Virus record (IMG/VR): IMGVR_UViG_3300010354_000051
Coordinates: 1-64,000 of that record
DNA: 64,000 bases
Source: a virus
Strand: one strand, 5' to 3'
Shown: in pieces, positions 61,706 to 64,000 of the stretch
Numbering within the stretch: position 1 is the first letter of the stretch
How the letters are laid out: every line of letters begins with the position of its first letter
Notes under the pieces: model-generated
Told to the model about the DNA's origin: nothing
Seen by the model: only the letters and a program-made list of their open reading frames with translations
Database searches by the model: none
Position numbers and translations under genes: made by a program

Positions 61706-64000
61706 TCACTGCTCCTCCCAGGTTAGGGAATTTACAACAGAGAGCTGAGACGAAGGTTGGATAGTGGAAGATGTAGACTCCCACATTGCGTATACACAAA
61801 GTATATCTACCTCGTTTGTTAGCGGGTAGGAAATATACTCTTTGTTGTAGGAGAAGTAATCAGTCAGGTCAAATTGAGAACCTCCGTTGTTGCAGTACAG
61901 GGAGAAGATAGTATTGCCCGTATTGGCCACTGGAGACAGCCTGAAGTCCTGAGAAACCGAAGCCCCGGATAGCTGAGCTACGGATTCAAAACTACCTACT
62001 CGATCAGACTCGTTCCACTTTTTCTGGTCCTCGTACTGGCTATGGGTAAACTGACCAGTGAATAGGGTTGACAGACCGGCATTACTAAATGTGTACATTC
62101 TGACCGGCATTAGGTTACCATACACATTATATGGTTCTACTTGAGGTTGGTAGTTTTGGATGTAGATCTTAGTGCCTTTTTTGAAGAATCTGACCAGAGC
62201 GGGGACTTCTAGTGCATCGGGGACAGAACCAAACCCGCCCGAAGGGACGGATTTTGTAGGTAGACTTCTCATATAGCAGAAGAAGTAAGACCCGGAGTTC
62301 GGCAACAAAGCACTTAGCGAGGCGTAGTTGCCACTGGTGATGTTAGTTCCGGAGACAATTTCTTTCGGAGCTGTCCCCGAACCGAGATTGAACCCTAGCC
62401 CTTGGTTAGAGCTGAGGGTGTAGATAGGATAGGAGTAGGTCTGGGACAGAGTACTATTGTCTAGGTTATTAGTAATAAGCAGAGGATTTTTAATGAAGTT
62501 TATGGTAAGGATATTGCTATATGATGTCGAATCTACCACGCCGATGCCAAACTTAATCGGATATAGCTGGATCCGGTTTCTGATCGGGGTGCCGGAAGAA
62601 TTGCTTACTTCGTCTTTAGCCCTGAGAGACATTACCGACCTTTGTTTCCTGGGAACAATCAGGTCTATAGAATCGCCATTAGAAAAGCCGCTAATCGCCC
62701 CGTTGAAGTACAGCCGGATTTTGTCCGTACTTTCATTCTCGGCCCAGATAACTTTTAGTGTAACGTTATTCTTCAAATAAGACCCAATAAGTAGATCTTT
62801 CTCGGCCTGAGTAATGCCACTGGAAGTGGAAATGCAGAAGTAGTTGGACAAAAGCGGAGTTGTTACAGTGGTTTTTATACCACTGAAAGCCACATTCTTT
62901 GAATAGTCTGAAGACTTGGACAGCAGTTTAACCGTGCCTTTATCCCCACCATCAATATAATAAGATGCACCGTACTTAACCAGAATACTCTTCTGGCTAG
63001 GCAAACCGTTACTCAGGCCGGAGTGAGTTAGATAAGTAATTGGCAGTGTAGCATTACCCAACGAGGCCACATCGTGCTGGTTAGAAGATCGCATGTGGTG
63101 TACTCTGACCCACCTCGCTTCTCCACTAGATACAGGGACATAACAAAGGAATAACGCACCTACCGCACCATACCAGCTAAACTCGATCTTCCACATTGTC
63201 ACTTTAGAAAAGTCAATGTTATAGACAGAAGTATCGGTCAGAACTTGGTTGTCGATTGTTACCGGATCTCCAGGTCTCTTAATGCCAGTATCTGCCGGGT
63301 CTACGTTTGCAGTGGATACGTCGCTCCAGCGTAGAGTGTTTACTTCACCATTGAGCTGGTCGCCGCTGAACATAGCACGAACCGGACGCCACTCGTACAC
63401 CATTCTGTACTGCGGAGGGACGCAGATCTTGAACCACTCCTTCAAGGTGATGTTTTTTACGCCAGGAGTGGTGCTGGAGGGGTTATAAGCTACGGTTCGG
63501 TGGGCGGTTGGGAAAGCAGCATTATACTGAGCGCTGGTAACTTGGCTACTACCCTGGACCGATACTAGCAAGTTCCAAACTTTCACTCCACTATAAGTTT
63601 CACTAGGAGAGCTGTCATAACCAAATCTGGAATTAGTATCGTCTACATCCAGAATTGTCAGATCGCTGCTGGTAACCACATTGATTTCCGAACTGAAGCC
63701 CGTTCCGCCGCCTCTGCTTAAGTTGGTCACAAGATGCTCCCATTTACAGTGAGCATCAAGTCTAATATATTCAGATTCGGGCTTGAGGAAAGAGTCGTTG
63801 GCTTTCCAAGTATTATAATCGCTTAGGTTATAGGTTTCCTTTTGATCGAAAGGGAATTCGTATTGGCGATTCAGCAAGTGCTCTATCGAGTTGCCAGCAG
63901 AGTCTATATAAGCTAGTCTTACAGCATAGCCCTCATTAAAGGTATACTCTGACAAAGTGCTTGGAGACGCTTCTATATTCCGCACGTCATCAGGGCTGTA
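61706..64000 (-). CDS. Large virion structural protein, paralogue of the downstream gene, 5'-truncated by the window edge
   Basis: Shares VTM(W/Y)KIEF.WYGA.GA and KYGASYYIDG.DKG with 57674-61702. The frame stays open from the track's GTG (63985) to position 64000. Confidence 0.7.
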   Translation of the reverse strand, partial: YSPDDVRNIEASPSTLSEYTFNEGYAVRLAYIDSAGNSIEHLLNRQYEFPFDQKETYNLSDYNTWKANDSFLKPESEYIRLDAHCKWEHLVTNLSRGGGTGFSSEINVVTSSDLTILDVDDTNSRFGYDSSPSETYSGVKVWNLLVSVQGSSQVTSAQYNAAFPTAHRTVAYNPSSTTPGVKNITLKEWFKICVPPQYRMVYEWRPVRAMFSGDQLNGEVNTLRWSDVSTANVDPADTGIKRPGDPVTIDNQVLTDTSVYNIDFSKVTMWKIEFSWYGAVGALFLCYVPVSSGEARWVRVHHMRSSNQHDVASLGNATLPITYLTHSGLSNGLPSQKSILVKYGASYYIDGGDKGTVKLLSKSSDYSKNVAFSGIKTTVTTPLLSNYFCISTSSGITQAEKDLLIGSYLKNNVTLKVIWAENESTDKIRLYFNGAISGFSNGDSIDLIVPRKQRSVMSLRAKDEVSNSSGTPIRNRIQLYPIKFGIGVVDSTSYSNILTINFIKNPLLITNNLDNSTLSQTYSYPIYTLSSNQGLGFNLGSGTAPKEIVSGTNITSGNYASLSALLPNSGSYFFCYMRSLPTKSVPSGGFGSVPDALEVPALVRFFKKGTKIYIQNYQPQVEPYNVYGNLMPVRMYTFSNAGLSTLFTGQFTHSQYEDQKKWNESDRVGSFESVAQLSGASVSQDFRLSPVANTGNTIFSLYCNNGGSQFDLTDYFSYNKEYISYPLTNEVDILCVYAMWESTSSTIQPSSQLSVVNSLTWEEQ

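Noticed and set aside
1-64000. tRNA, rRNA, CRISPR array, integrase/transposase, photosystem genes (psbA, hli)
   Set aside because: None recognised. Intergenic gaps are short and are explained by microproteins, promoters or hairpins. A tRNAscan/Infernal run would be needed to exclude small RNAs formally.

Overview
The window is a 64-kb segment of a large contractile-tailed dsDNA phage (myovirus), most likely infecting cyanobacteria. Host indicators are a SigF-like sigma factor, PhoH, Hsp20, a Mo-nitrogenase-C-terminal-domain protein and cyanophage-style tail proteins. It holds a lysis module, a dispersed baseplate/tail gene set (gp25, tape measure, tube initiator, LysM/X-like, J, I-like, spike, hub-lysin, fibres), terminase large subunit, and a replication/nucleotide block (AEP primase, SF3 helicase, 5'-3' exonuclease, dUTPase, intein-containing nrdA, HNH, nrdB, candidate SSB). 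No capsid, portal, sheath, DNA polymerase, tRNA, rRNA or CRISPR array was seen. Main observations read from the sequence: (1) a candidate phage late promoter GTTGAAAG-N6-AG in front of many genes, with a phage sigma factor as likely reader; (2) a shared P-E-G-W peptide tag on several otherwise unrelated proteins, including an HNH nuclease; (3) an attenuator-like leader (promoter, 8-codon uORF, terminator) before phoH; (4) a circularly permuted M23 peptidase in the hub-lysin; (5) microproteins missed by the ORF track; (6) a perfect 20-bp inverted repeat at the strand-switch point. All family assignments come from motif recognition by eye, not database searches.
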